From Spirochaetae bacterium HGW-Spirochaetae-3 (lineage in GTDB: Bacteria; Spirochaetota; Spirochaetia; Treponematales; UBA12059): a DNA stretch of 64,000 nucleotides. Under the pieces are notes generated by a model. It saw only the letters and a program-made list of their open reading frames with translations, was not told where the DNA came from and did no database searches. Shown here in pieces: positions 63,713 to 64,000 of the stretch. The DNA lies in assembly GCA_002839315.1 (NCBI GenBank), contig PGXV01000007.1, forward strand, positions 65,934 to 129,933. The letters run 5' to 3'. Position 1 is the stretch's first letter; every line of letters begins with the position of its first letter. Both the position numbers and the translations under genes were made by a program.

Positions 63713-63726
63713 GGGGTTTCCTCAAT

Positions 63727-64000
63727 ATGGCACGCATCGGTCTTTTCAAGAACCTCATCGGCAAGGGCCAACGCGGGTCCATTTCTATCGCTAGTCCCCT
63801 TTCGGGGGCGGTTATTCCCCTGGAATCGGTTCCCGACGAGGCCTTCGCCAAGAAGCTTATGGGCGACGGCGTCGCGGTGTTACCCGACGAGGGCATCGTA
63901 GTCGCGCCGTTCGACGGCGTCGTAGAGACCGTGCCGGAAAGCCTCCACGCGGTGGGGCTCGTCTCGGACGAGGGCGTCGAGCTGCTCGTCCACGTGGGCG
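63727..64000 (+). CDS. PTS EIIA (glucose-family) component, 3' end outside window
   Basis: My own translation from ATG 63727 reads MARIGLFKNL...PLSGAVIPLESVPDEAFAKKLMGDGVAVLPDEGIVVAPFDGVVETV...HAVGL...GVELLVHVG. These are EIIA-Glc signatures including the HxG His. Confidence 0.85.
   Translation, partial: MARIGLFKNLIGKGQRGSISIASPLSGAVIPLESVPDEAFAKKLMGDGVAVLPDEGIVVAPFDGVVETVPESLHAVGLVSDEGVELLVHVG

Noticed and set aside
1-64000. Search for rRNA, tRNA, CRISPR arrays, IS elements, integrases, prophage or known defence genes.
   Set aside because: I saw no cloverleaf-like conserved tRNA boxes, no regularly spaced direct repeats, no transposase, recombinase, RT, nuclease or ATPase defence-like ORFs, and no long terminal inverted repeats. 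By-eye scanning could miss short ncRNAs, so tRNAscan-SE or Infernal should be run to confirm.

Overview
GC-rich chromosomal segment, densely packed with about 53 protein-coding genes on both strands. I recognised no rRNA, tRNA, CRISPR array, transposase, integrase or phage or defence genes. The gene content suggests an anaerobic, motile, probably diderm bacterium. Supporting genes include flavodiiron protein, NAD-linked formate dehydrogenase, hemerythrin/PAS sensors, MCP, OmpA-like protein, lipoproteins, a class III cyclase and a GGDEF protein. A Spirochaetota-like origin is only a guess. All family names come from motif recognition in the translations; no database search was run. Layout: (1) 1-10.4 kb is an accessory-looking esterase / exported flavodoxin / aldo-keto reductase / AraC cluster with a FIST-GGDEF gene. 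(2) 10.5-16.4 kb holds pcp-DUF979-DUF969 plus a 1145-aa cytoplasmic M14-like peptidase. (3) 16.6-22.3 kb holds SDR, SulP, DUF3842 and a 773-aa membrane-anchored coiled-coil protein. (4) 22.3-28.5 kb is a five-gene operon joined by four ATGA start/stop overlaps. A sensor adenylate cyclase is followed by two tandem pairs of (secreted PEGA-like/beta-barrel-like protein + lipoprotein), all four uncharacterised. This is my best candidate for an undescribed system. (5) 28.7-37.3 kb holds asparaginase, an RR-PAS protein, the cadC-like/P1B-ATPase metal module with its operator, an OmpA-like protein, GNAT and pyruvate kinase. (6) 37.3-43.6 kb holds a TRAP DctM remnant, MCP, plsY divergent from a Dak2(FakA-like)-DegV(FakB-like) fusion, and DUF1295. 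(7) 43.7-58 kb is a redox block: FdhA plus fused NuoE/F, FprA, two DUF438/hemerythrin/PAS paralogs, an EFR1-type ferredoxin and an MFS-TetR-GT-B-like operon with a palindromic operator. (8) 58-64 kb holds an aminotransferase and a murQ-murP-mupG-licT-EIIA operon preceded by a textbook RAT/terminator antitermination element. Many genes appear to be leaderless or nearly so, with a -10 box 5-11 nt from the start codon. Many long track ORFs are GC-driven shadow ORFs or over-extended N-termini and were trimmed or rejected.
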